Made by a program: the position numbers and the translations under genes. Below are positions 1-14,241 of a DNA stretch of 64,000 nucleotides, piece by piece. The stretch lies in the NCBI RefSeq assembly GCF_009914755.1, contig NC_060925.1; one strand, given 5' to 3'. Numbering within the stretch: position 1 is the stretch's first letter; each line of letters starts with the position of its first letter. This DNA is from the human T2T-CHM13v2.0 reference genome, Homo sapiens. The notes under the pieces were generated by a model. That model searched no databases. It saw only the letters and a program-made list of their open reading frames with translations, and was not told where the DNA came from.

Positions 1-914
1 CTTCTAATGGAAAGGAATGGAATCATCGCATAGAATCGAATGGAATTAACATTGAATGGACTCGAATGGAATCAACATCAAATGGAATCAAGCGGAATTA
101 TCGAATGAAATCGAAGAGAATCATCGAATGGACTCGAATGGAATCATCTAGTGGAATGGAATGGAATAATCCACGGACTCGAATGCAATCATCATCGTAT
201 AGAATCGAATGGAATCATCGAATGGACTCGAATGGAATAACCATTGAACGGAATCGAATGGAATCATCATCGGATGGAAACGAATGGAATCATCATCGAA
301 TGGAAATGAAAGGAGTCATCATCTAATGGAATTGCATGGAATCATCATAAAATGGAATCGAATGGAATCATCATCAAATGGAATCAAATGGAATCATTGA
401 ACGGAATTGAATGGAATCGTCATCGAATGAATTGAATGCAATCATCGAATGGTCTCGAATGGAATCATCTTCAAATGGAATGGAATGGAATCATCGCATA
501 GAATCGAATGGAATTAATATCGAATGGAATCGAATGGTATCAACATCAAACGGAAAATAACGGAATTATCGAATGGAATCGAAGAGAATCTTCGAACGTA
601 CCCGAATGGAATCATGTAATGGAGTGGAATGGAATAATCCATGGACTCGAATGCAATCATCATCGAATGGAATCGAATGGAATCATCGAATGGACTCGAA
701 TGGAATAATCATTGAACGGAATCGAATGGAATCATCATCGGATGGAAATGAATGGAATCATCATCGAATGGAATCGAATAGAATTATGGAATGAAATCCA
801 GTGTGATCATCATCGAATGGACCCGAATGGAATCATCATCCAACGGAAGCTAATGGAATCAACATCGAATGAATCGAATGGAAACACCATCGAATTGAAA
901 CGAATGGAATTATC

Positions 915-2222
915 ATGAAATTGAAATGGATGGACTCATCATCGAATGGATTCGAATGGAATCATCGAATAAAATTGATTGAAATTATCATCAAATGGAA
1001 TCGAATGGTATCATTGAATGGAATCGAATGGAATCATCATCAGATGGAAATGAATGGAATCGTCATAGAATGGAATCGAATGGATTCATTGAATGGAATC
1101 AGATGGAATCATCGAATGGACTGGAATGGAATCATTGAATGGACTCGAAAGGGATCATTATTGAATGGAATTGAATGGAATCATCGAATGGTCTCGATTG
1201 GAATCATTATCAAATGGAATGGAATGGAATCACCGAATAGAATCGAATGGAACAATCATCGAATGGACTCAAATGGAATTATCCTCCAATGGAATCGAAT
1301 GGAATTATCGAATGCAATCGAATGGAATTATCGAATGCAATTGAATAGAATCATCGAATGGACTCGAATGGAATCATCGAATGGAATATAATGGAACAGT
1401 CAATGAACTCGAATGGAATCATCATTGAATGGAATCGAATGGAATCATCGAGTGGAATCGAATGGAATTATGATCAAATGGAATCGAATGTAATCCTCAT
1501 CAAATGGAATCAAAAATAACCATCATCAATTGGTATTGAATGGAATTGTCATCAAATGGAATTCAAAGGAATCATCATCAAATGGAACCGAATGGAATCC
1601 TCATTGAATGGAAATGAAAGGGGTCATCATCTAATGGAATCGCATGGAATCATCATCAAATGGAATCGAATGGAATCATCATCAAATGGAATCTAATGGA
1701 ATCATTGAACAGAATTGAATGGAATCGTCATCGAATGAATTGAATGCAATCATCGAATGGTCTCGAATGGAATCATCTTCTAATGGAAAGGAATGGAATC
1801 ATCGCATAGAATCGAATGGAATTATCATCGAATGGAATCGAATGGAATCAACATCAAACGGAAAAAAACGGAATTATCGAATGGAATCGAAGAGAATCAT
1901 CGAATGGACCCGAATGGAATCATCTAATGGAATGGAATGGAATAATCCATGGAGTCGAATGCAATCATCATCGAATGGAATCGAATGGAATCATCGAATG
2001 GACTCGAATGGAATAATCATTGAACGGAATCGAATGGAATCATCATCGGATGGAAATGAATGGAATCATCATCGAATGGAATCGAATAGAATTATGGAAT
2101 GAAATCCAGTGTGATCATCATCGAATGGACCCGAATGGAATCATCATCCAACGGAAGCTAATGGAATCAACATCGAATGAATCGAATGGAAACACCATCG
2201 AATTGAAACGAATGGAATTATC
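915..2222 (+). repeat. 1308-bp variant unit with a single hybrid 468-bp module; same class at 9857, 19854 (1307), 32110, 36970 and 42445 (1285)
   Basis: Anchor spacing 915 to 2223 = 1308 = 1776 - 468. The single module has A markers to about 1790 and B markers from about 1845. Confidence 0.93.
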
Positions 2223-5200
2223 ATGAAATTGAAATGGATGGACTCATCATCGAATGGATTCGAATGGAATCATCGAATAAAATTGATTGAAATCATCATC
2301 CAATGGAATCGAATGGTATCATTGAATGGAATCGAATGGAATCATCATCAGATGGAAATGAATGGAATCGTCATAGAATGGAATCGAATGGATTCATTGA
2401 ATGGAATCAGATGGAATCATCGAATGGACTGGAATGGAATCATTGAATGGACTCGAAAGGGATCATGATTGAATGGAATTGAATGGAATCATCGAATGGT
2501 CTCGATTGGAATCATTATCAAATGGAATCGAATGGAATCACCGAATAGAATCGAATGGAACAATCATCGAATGGACTCAAATGGAATTATCCTCCAATGG
2601 AATCGAATGGAATTATCGAATGCAATCGAATGGAATTATCGAATGCAATCGAATAGAATCATCGAATGGACTCGAATGGAATCATCGAATGGAATGGAAT
2701 GGAACAGTCAATGAACTCGAATGGAATCATCATTGAATGGAATCGAATGGAATCATCGAGTGGAATCGAATGGAATTATGATCAAATGGAATCGAATGTA
2801 ATCCTCATCAAATGGAATCAAAAATAACCATCATCAATTGGTATTGAATGGAATTGTCATCAAATGGAATTCAAAGGAATCATCATCAAATGGAACCGAA
2901 TGGAATCCTCATTGAATGGAAATGAAAGGGGTCATCATCTAATGGAATCGCATGGAATCATCATCAAATGGAATCGAATGGAATCATCATCAAATGGAAT
3001 CTAATGGAATCATTGAACAGAATTGAATGGAATCGTCATCGAATGAATTGAATGCAATCATCGAATGGTCTCGAATGGAATCATCTTCTAATGGAAAGGA
3101 ATGGAATCATCGCATAGAATCGAATGGAATTATCATCGAATGGAATCGAATGGTATCAACACCAAACGGAAAAAAACGGAATTATCGAATGGAATCGAAG
3201 AGAATCTTCGAACGGACCCGAATGGAATCATCTAATGGAATGGAATGGAATAATCCATGGACTCGAATGCAATCATCATCGAATGGAATCGAATGGAATC
3301 ATCGAATGGACTCGAATGGAATAATCATTGAACGGAATCGAATGGAATCATCATCGGATGGAAACGAATGGAATCATCATCGAATGGGAATGAAAGGAGT
3401 CATCATCTAATGGAATTGCATGGAATCATCATAAAATGGAATCGAATGGAATCAACATCAAATGGAATCAAATGGAATCATTGAACGGAATTGAATGGAA
3501 TCGTCATCGAATGAATTGAATGCAATCATCGAATGGTCTCGAATGGAATCATCTTCAAATGGAATGGAATGGAATCATCGCATAGAATCGAATGGAATTA
3601 TCATCGAATGGAATCGAATGGAATCAACACCAAACGGAAAAAAACGGAATTATCAAATGGAATCGAAGAGAATCATCGAATGGACCCAAATGGAATCATC
3701 TAACGGAATGGAATGGAATAATCCATGGACTCGAATGCAATCATCATCGAATGGAATCGAATGGAATCATCGAATGGACTCGAATGGAATAATCATTGAA
3801 CGGAATCAAATGGAATCATCATCGGATGGAAATGAATGGAATCGTCATCGAATGGAATCGAATAGAATTATGGAATGAAATCCAGTGTGATCATCATCGA
3901 ATGGACCTGAATGGAATCATCATCCAATGGAAGCTAATGGAATCAACATCGAATGAATCAAATTGAAACACCATCGAATTGAAACGAATGGAATTACCAT
4001 GAAATTGAAATGGATGGACTCATCATCGAATGGATTCGAAAGGAATCATCGAATAAAATTGATTGAAATCATCATCGAATGGAATCGAATGGTATCATTG
4101 AATGGAATCGAATGGAATCATCATCAGATGGAAATGAATGGAATCGTCATAGAATGGAATCGAATGGATTCATTGAATGGAATCAGATGGAATCATCGAA
4201 TGGACTGGAATGGAATCATTGAATGGACTCGAAAGAGATCATGATTGAATGGAATTGAATGGAATCATCGAATGGTCTCGATTGGAATCATTATCAAATG
4301 GAATCGAATGGAATCACCGAATAGAATCGAATGGAACAATCATCGAATGGACTCAAATGGAATTATCCTCCAATGGAATCGAATGGAATTATCGAATGCA
4401 ATCGAATGGAATTATCGAATGCAATCGAATAGAATCATCGAATGGACTCGAATGGAATCATCGAATGGAATGGAATGGAACAGTCAATGAACTCGAATGG
4501 AATCATCATTGAATGGAATCGAATGGAATCATCGAGTGGAATCGAATGGAATTATGATCAAATGGAATCGAATGTAATCATCATCAAATGGAATCAAAAA
4601 TAACCATCATCAATTGGAATTGAATGGAATTGTCATCAAATGGAATTCAAAGGAATCATCATCAAATGGAACCGAATGGAATCCTCATTGAATGGAAATG
4701 AAAGGGGTCATCTAATGGAATCGCATGGAATCATCATCAAATGGAATCGAATGGAATCATCATCAAATGGAATCTAATGGAATCATTGAACAGAATTTAA
4801 TGGAATCGTCATCGAATGAATTGAATGCAATCATCGAATGGTCTCGAATGGAACCATCTTCTAATGGAAAGGAATGGAATCATCGCATAGAATCGAATGG
4901 AATTATCATCGAATGGAATCGAATGGTATCAACACCAAACGGAAAAAAACGGAATTATCGAATGGAATCGAAGAGAATCTTCGAACGGACCCGAATGGAA
5001 TCATCTAATGGAATGGAATGGAATAATCCATGGACTCGAATGCAATCATCATCGAATGGAATCGAATGGAATCATCGAATGGACTCGAATGGAATAATCA
5101 TTGAACGGAATCGAATGGAATCATCATCGGATGGAAACGAATGGAATCATCATCGAATGGGAATGAAAGGAGTCATCATCTAATGGAATTGCATGTAATC

Positions 5201-8200
5201 ATCATAAAATGGAATCGAATAGAATCAACATCAAATGGAATCAAATGGAATCATTGAACGGAATTGAATGGAATCGTCATCGAATGAATTAAATGCAATC
5301 ATCGAATGGTCTCGAATGGAATCATCTTCAAATGGAATGGAATGGAATCATCGCATAGAATCGAATGGAATTATCATCGAATGGAATCGAATGGAATCAA
5401 CATCAAACGGAAAAAAACGGAATTATCGAATGGAATCGAAGAGAATCATCGAATGCACCCGAATGGAATCATCTAATGGAATGGAATGGAATAATCCATG
5501 GACTCGAATGCAATCATCATCGAATGGAATCGAATGGAATCATCGAATGGACTCGAATGGAATAATCATTGAACGGAATCAAATGGAATCATCATCGGAT
5601 GGAAATGAATGGAATCGTCATCGAATGGAATCGAATAGAATTATGGAATGAAATCCAGTGTGATCATCATCGAATGGACCTGAATGGAATCATCATCCAA
5701 CGGAAGCTAATGGAATCAACATCGAATGAATCAAATGGAAACACCATCGAATTGAAACGAATGGAATTACCATGAAATTGAAATGGATGGACTCATCATC
5801 GAATGGATTCGAATGGAATCATCGAATAAAATTGATTGAAATCATCATCGAATGGAATCGAATTGTATCATTGAATGGAATCGAATGGAATCATCATCAG
5901 ATGGAAATGAATGGAATCGTCATAGAATGGAATCGAATGGATTCATTGAATGGAATCAGATGGAATCAGTGAATGGACTGTAATGGAATCATTGAATGGA
6001 CTCGAAAGGGATCATTATTGAATGGAATTGAATGGAATCATCGAATGGTCTCGATTGGAATCATTATCAAATGGAATCGAATGGAATCACCGAATAGAAT
6101 CGAATGGAACAATCATCGAATGGACTCAAATGGAATTATCCTCAAATGGAATCGAATGGAAATATCGAATGGAATTATCGAATGCAATCGAATGGAATTA
6201 TCGAATGCAATCGAATAGAATCATCGAATGGACTCGAATGGAATCATCGAATGGAATGGAATGGAACAGTCAATGAACTCGAATGGAATCATCATTGAAT
6301 GGAATCGAATGGAATCATCGAGTGGAATCGAAAGGAATTATGACCAAATGGAATCGAATGTAATCATCATCAAATGGAATCAAAAATAACCATCATCAAT
6401 TGGTATTGAATGGAATTGTCATCAAATGGAATTCAAAGGAATCATCATCAAATGGAACCGAATGGAATCCTCATTGAATGGAAATGAAAGGGGTCATCAT
6501 CTAATGGAATCGCATGGAATCATCATCAAATGGAATCGAATGGAATCATCATCAAATGGAATCTAATGGAATCATTGAAAAGAATTGAATGGAATCGTCA
6601 TCGAATGAATTGAATGCAATCATCGAATGGTCTCGAATGGAATCATCTTCAAATGGAATGGAATGGAATCATCGCATAGAATCGAATGGAATTATCATCG
6701 AATGGAATCGAATGGAATCAACATCTAACGGAAAAAAACGGAATTATCGAATGGAATCGAAGAGAATCATCGAATGGACCCGAATGGAATCATCTAATGG
6801 AATGGAATGGAATAATCCATGGACTCGAATGCAATCATCATCGAATGGAATCGAATGGAATCATCGAATGGACTCGAATGGAATAATCATTGAACGGAAT
6901 CGAATGGAATCATCATCGGATGGAAATGAAAGGAGTCATCATCTAATGGAATTGCATGGAATCATCATAAAATGGAATCGAGTGGAATCAACATCAAATG
7001 GAATCAAATGGAATCATTGAACGGAATTGAATGGAATCGTCATCGAAAGAATTGAATGCAATCATCGAATGGTCTCGAATGGAATCATCTTCAAATGGAA
7101 TGGAATGGAATCATCGCATAGAATCGAATGGAATTATCATCGAATGGAATCGAATGGAATCAAAATCAAACGGAAAAATACGGAATTATCGAATGGAATC
7201 GAAGAGAATCATCGAATGGACCCGAATGGAATCATCTAATGGAATGGAATGGAATAATCCATGGACTCGAATGCAATCATCATCGAATGGAATCGAATGG
7301 AATCATCCAATGGACTCGAATGGAATAATCATTGAACGGAATCGAATGGAATCATCATCGGATGGAAATGAATGGAATCATCATCGAATGGAATCGAATA
7401 GAATTATGGAATGAAATCCAGTGTGATCATCATCGAATGGACCCGAATGGAATCATCATCCAACGGATGCTAATGGAATCAACATCGAATGAATCAAATG
7501 GAAACACCATCGAATTGAAACGAATGGAATTACCATGAAATTGAAATGGATGGACTCATCATCGAATGGATTCGAAAGGAATCATCGAATAAAATTGATT
7601 GAAATCATCATCGAATGGAATCGAATGGTATCATTGAATGGAATCGAATGGAATCATCATCAGATGGAAATGAATGGAATCGTCATAGAATGGAATCGAA
7701 TGGATTCATTGAATGGAATCAGATGGAATCATCGAATGGACTGGAATGGAATCATTGAATGGACTCGAAAGAGATCATGATTGAATGGAATTGAATGGAA
7801 TCATCGAATGGTCTCGATTGGAATCATTATCAAATGGAATCGAATGGAATCACCGAATAGAATCGAATGGAACAATCATCGAATGGACTCAAATGGAATT
7901 ATCCTCAAATGGAATCGAATGGAATTATCGAATGCAATCGAATGGAATTATCGAATGCAATCGAATAGAATCATCGAATGGACTCGAATGGATTCATCGA
8001 ATGGAATGGAATGGAAAAGTCAATGAACACGAATGGAATCATCACTGAATGGAATCGAATGGAATCATCGAGTGGAATCGAATGGAATTATGATCAAATG
8101 GAATCGAATGTAATCATCATCAAATGGAATCAAAAATAACCATCATCAATTGGTATTGAATGGAATTGTTATCAAATGGAATTCAAAGGAATCATCATCA

Positions 8201-11200
8201 AATGGAACTGAATGGAATCCTCATTGAATGGAAATGAAAGGGGTCATCATCTAATGGAATAGCATGGAATAATCATCAAATGGAATCGAATGGAATCATC
8301 ATCAAATGGAATCTAATGGAATCATTGAAAAGAATTGAATGGAATCATCATCGAATGAATTGAATGCAATCATCGAATGGTCTCGAATGGAATCATCTTC
8401 TAATGGAAAGGAATGGAATCATCGCATAGAATCGAATGGAATTAACATTGAATGGACTCGAATGGAATCAACATCAAATGGAATCAAGCGGAATTATCGA
8501 ATGAAATCGAAGAGAATCATCGAATGGACTCGAATGGAATCATCGAATGGAATGGAATGGAACAGTCAATGAACTCGAATGGAATCATCATTGAATGGAA
8601 TCGAATGGAATCATCGAGTGGAATCGAATGGAATTATGATCAAATGGAATCGAATGTAATCATCATCAAATGGAATCAAAAATAACCATCATCAATTGGT
8701 ATTGAATGGAATTGTCATCAAGTGGAATTCAAAGGAAACATCATCAAATGGAACCGAATGGAATCCTCATTGAATGGAAATGAAAGGGGTCATCGTCTAA
8801 TGGAATCGCATGGAATCATCATCAAATGGAATCGAATGGAATCATCATCAAATGGAATCTAATGGAATCATTCAACAGAATTGAATGGAATCGTCATCGA
8901 ATGAATTGAATGCAATCATCGAATGGTCTCGAATGGAACCATCTTCTAATGGAAAGGAATGGAATCATCGCATAGAATCGAATGGAATTGTCATCGAATG
9001 GAATCGAATGGTATCAACACCAAACGGAAAAAAACGGAATTATCGAATGGAATCGAAGAGAATCTTCGAACGGACCCGAATGGAATCATCTAATGGAATG
9101 GAATGGAATAATCCATGGACTCGAATGCAATCATCATCGAATGGAATCGAATGGAATCATCGAATGGACTCGAATGGAATAATCATTGAACGGAATCGAA
9201 TGGAATCATCATCGGATGGAAACGAATGGAATCATCATCGGATGGGAATGAAAGGAGTCATCATCTAATGGAATTGCATGGAATCATCATAAAATGGAAT
9301 CGAATGGAATCAACATCAAATGGAATCAAATGGAATCATTGAACGGAATTGAATGGAATCGTCATCGAATGAATTGAATGCAATCATCGAATGGTCTCGA
9401 ATGGAATCATCTTCAAATGGAATGGAATGGAATCATTGCATAGAATCGAATGGAATTATCATCGAATGGAATCGAATGGTATCAACATCAAACGGAAAAA
9501 AACGGAATTATCGAATGGAATCGAAGAGAATCTTCGAACGTACCCGAATGGAATCATCTAATGGAGTGGAATGGAATAATCCATGGACTCGAATGCAATC
9601 ATCATCGAATGGAATCGAATGGAATCATCGAATGGTCTCGAATGGAATAATCATTGAACGGAATTGAATGGAATCATCATCGGATGGAAATGAATGGAAT
9701 GATCATCGAATGGAATCGAATAGAATTATGGAATGAAATCCAGTGTGATCATCATCGAATGGACCCGAATGGAATCATCATCCAACGGAAGCTAATGGAA
9801 TCAACATCGAATGAATCGAATGGAAACACCATCGAATTGAAACGAATGGAATTATCATGAAATTGAAATGGATGGACCCATCATCGAATGGATTCGAATG
9901 GAATCATCGAATAAAATTGATTGAAATCATCATCAAATGGAATCGAATGGTGTCATTGAATGGGATCGAATGGAATCATCGTCAGATGGAAATGAATGGA
10001 ATCGTCATAGAATGGAATCGAATGGATTCATTGAATGGAATCAGATGGAATCATCGAATGGACTGGAATGGAATCATTCAATGGACTCGAATGGAATCAT
10101 TATTGAATGGAATTGAATGGAATCATCGAATGGTCTCGATTGGAATCATTATCTCATGGAATCGAATGGAATCACCGAATAGAATCGAATGGAACAATCA
10201 TCGAATTGACTCAAATGGAATTATCCTCAAATGGAATCGAATGGAATTATCGAATGCAATCGAATGGAATTATCGAATGCAATCGAATAGAATCATCGAA
10301 TGGACTCGAATGGAATCATCGAATGGAATGGAATGGAACAGTCAATGAACTCGAATGGAATCATCATTGAATGGAATCGAATGGAATCATCGAGTGGAAT
10401 CGAATGTAATCATCATCAAATGGAATCAAAAATAACCATCATCAAATGGAATCAAAAATAACCATCATCAATTGGTATTGAATGGAATTCTCATCAAATG
10501 GAATTCAAAGGAATCATCATCAAATGGAACCGAATGGAATCCTCATTGAATGGAAATGAAAGGGGTCATCATCTAATGGAATCGCATGGAATCATCATAA
10601 AATGGAATCGAATGGAATCAACATCAAATGGAATCAAATGGAATCATTGAACGGAATTGAATGGAATCGTCATCGAATGAATTGAATGCAATCATCGAAT
10701 GGTCTCGAATGGAATCATCTTCAAATGGAATGGAATGGAATCATCGCATAGAATCGAATGGAATTATCATCGAATGGAATCGAATGGAATCAACATCAAA
10801 CGGAAAAAAACCGAATTATCGAATGGAATCGAAGAGAATCATCGAATTGACCCGAATGGAATCATCTAATGGAATGGAATGGAATAATCCATGGACTCGA
10901 ATGCAATCATCATCGAATGGAATCGAATGGAATCATCGAATGGACTCGAATGGAATAATCATTGAACGGAATCGAATGGAATCATCATCGGATGGAAATG
11001 AATGGAATCATCATCGAATGGAATCGAATAGAATTATGGAATGAAATCCAGTGTGATCATCATCGAATGGACCCGAATGGAATCATCATCTATCGGAAGC
11101 AAATGGAATCAACATCGAATGAATCGAATGGAAACACCATCGAATTGAAACGAATGGAATTATCATGAAATTGAAATGGATGGACTCATCATCGAATGGA

Positions 11201-14200
11201 TTCGAATGGAATCATCGAATAAAATTGATTGAAATCATCATCAAATGGAATCGAATGGTATCATTGAATGGAATCGAATGGAATCATCATCAGATGGAAA
11301 TGAATGGAATCGTCATAGAATGGAATCGAATGGATTCATTGAATGGAATCAGATGGAATCATCGAATGGACTGGAATGGAATCATTGAATGGACTCGAAA
11401 GGGATCATGATTGAATGGAATTGAATGGAATCATCGAATGGTCTCGATTGGAATCATTATCAAATGGAATCGAATGGAATCACCGAATAGAATCGAATGG
11501 AACAATCATCGAATGGACTCAAATGGAATTATCCTCCAATGGAATCGAATGGAATTATCGAATGCAATCGAATGGAATTATCGAATGCAATCGAATAGAA
11601 TCACCGAATGGACTCGAATGGTATCATCGAGTGGAATCGAATGGAATTATGATCAAATGGAATCGAATGTAATCATCATCAAATGGAATCAAAAATAACC
11701 ATCATCAATTGGTATTGAATGGAATTGTTATCAAATGGAATTCAAAGAAAACATCATCAAATGGAACTGAATGGAATCCTCATTGAATGGAAATGAAAGG
11801 GGTCATCATCTAATGGAATAGCATGGAATAATCATCAAATGGAATCGAATGAAATCATCATCAAATTGAATCTAATGGAAACATTGAACAGAATTGAATG
11901 GAATCGTCATCGAATGAATTGAATGCAATCATCGAATGGTCTCGAATGGAATCATCTTCTAATGGAAAGGAATGGAATCATCGCATAGAATCAAATGGAA
12001 TTAACATTGAATGGAATCGAATGGAATCAACATCAAATGGAATCAAGCGGAATTATCGAACGAAATCGAAGAGAATCATCGAATGGACTCGAATGGAATC
12101 ATCTAATGGAATGGAATGGAATAATCCACGGACTCGAATGCAATCATCATCGTATAGAATCGAATGGAATCATCGAATGGACTCGAATGGAATAACCATT
12201 GAACGGAATCGAATGGAATCATCATCGGATGGAAACGAATGGAATCATCATCGAATGGAAATGAAAGGAGTCATCATCTAATGGAATTGCATGGAATCAT
12301 CATAAAATGGAATCGAATGGAATCATCATCAAATGGAATCAAATGGAAGCATTGAACGGAATTGAATGGAATCGTCATCGAATGAATTGAATGCAATCAT
12401 CGAATGGTCTCGAATGGAATCATCTTCAAATGGAATGGAATGGAATCATCGCATAGAATCGAATGGAATTATCATCGAATGGAATCGAATGGAATCAACA
12501 TCAAACGGAAAAAAACGGAATTATCGAATGGAATCGAAGAGAATCATCGAATGGACCCGAATGGAATCATCTAATGGAATGGAATGGAATAATCCATGGA
12601 CTCGAATGCAATCATCATCGAGTGGAATCGAATGGAATCATCGAATGGACTCGAATGGAATAATCATTGAACGGAATCGAATGGAATCATCATCGGATGG
12701 AAATGAAAGGAGTCATCATCTAATGGAATTGCATGGAATCATCATAAAATGGAATCGAATGGAATCAACATCAAATGGAATCAAATGGAATCATTGAACG
12801 GAATTGAATGGAATCGTCATCGAATGAATTGAATGCAATCATCGAATGGTCTCGAATGGAATCATCTTCAAATGGAATGGAATGGAATCATCGCATAGAA
12901 TCGAATGGAATTATCATCGAATGGAATCGAATGGAATCAACATCAAACGGAAAAAAACGGAATTATCGAATGGAATCGAAGAGAATCATCGAATGGACCC
13001 GAATGGAATCATCTAATGGAATGGAATGGAATAATCCATGGACTCGAAAGCAATCATCATCGAATGGAATCGAATGGAATCATCATCAAATGGAATCTGA
13101 TGGAATCATTGAACAGAATTGAATGGAATCGTCATCGAATGAATTGAATGCAATCATCGAATGGTCTCGAATGTAATCACATTCTAATGGAAAGGAATGG
13201 AATCATCGCATAGAATCGAATGGAATTAACATTGAATGGACTCGAATGGAATCAACATCAAACGGAATCAAGCGGAATTATCGAATGGAATCGAAGAGAA
13301 TCATCGAATGGTCTCGAATGGAATCATCTTCTAATGGAAAGGAATGGAATCATCGCATAGAATCGAATGGAATTAACATTGAATGGACTCGAATGGAATC
13401 AACATCAAATGGAATCAAGCGGAATTATCGAATGAAATCGAAGAGAATCATCGAATGGACTCGAATGGAATCATCTAATGGAATGGAATGGAATAATCCA
13501 CGGACTCGAATGCAATCATCATCGTATAGAATCGAATGGAATCATCGAAAGGACTCGAATGGAATAACCATTGAACGGAATCGAATGGAATCATCATCGG
13601 ATGGAAACGAATGGAATCATCATCGAATGGAAATGAAAGGAGTCATCATCTAATGGAATTGCATGGAATCATCATCAAATGGAATCGAATGGAATCATCA
13701 TCAAATGGAATCAAATGGAATCATTGAACGGAATTGAATGGAATCGTCATCGAATGAATTGAATGCAATCATCGAATGGTCTCGAATGGAATCATCTTCA
13801 AATGGAATGGAATGGAATCATCGCATAGAATCGAATGGAATTATCATCGAATGGAATCGAATGGTATCAACATCAAACGGAAAAAAACGGAATTATCGAA
13901 TGGAACCAAAGAGAATCTTCGAACGGACCCGAATGGAATCATCTAATGGAATGGAATGGAATAATCCATGGACTCGAATGCAATCATCATCGAATGGAAT
14001 CGAATGGAATCATTGAAAGGACTCGTATGGAATAATCATTGAACGGAATCGAATGGAATCATCATCGGATGGAAATGAATGGAATCATCATCGAATGGAA
14101 TCGAATAGAATTATGGAATGAAATCCAGTGTGATCATCATCGAATGGACCCGAATGGAATCATCATCCAACGGAAGCTAATGGAATCAACATACAATGAA

Positions 14201-14241
14201 TCGAATGGAAACACCATCGAATTGAAACGAATGGAATTACC

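Noticed and set aside
3196-3215. Heat-shock element-like GAAGAGAATCTTCGAA in A modules
   Set aside because: It has only one correctly inverted GAAnnTTC pair, not three alternating nGAAn units. HSF1 stress bodies are mainly associated with HSat3.
13153-13446. The 147-bp duplication equals the nucleosome core DNA length
   Set aside because: Its length is set by the spacing of the flanking AATCATCGAATGG microhomologies (147 = 3 x 49, the 23+26 dimer). Nothing in the sequence supports a nucleosome-based cause.
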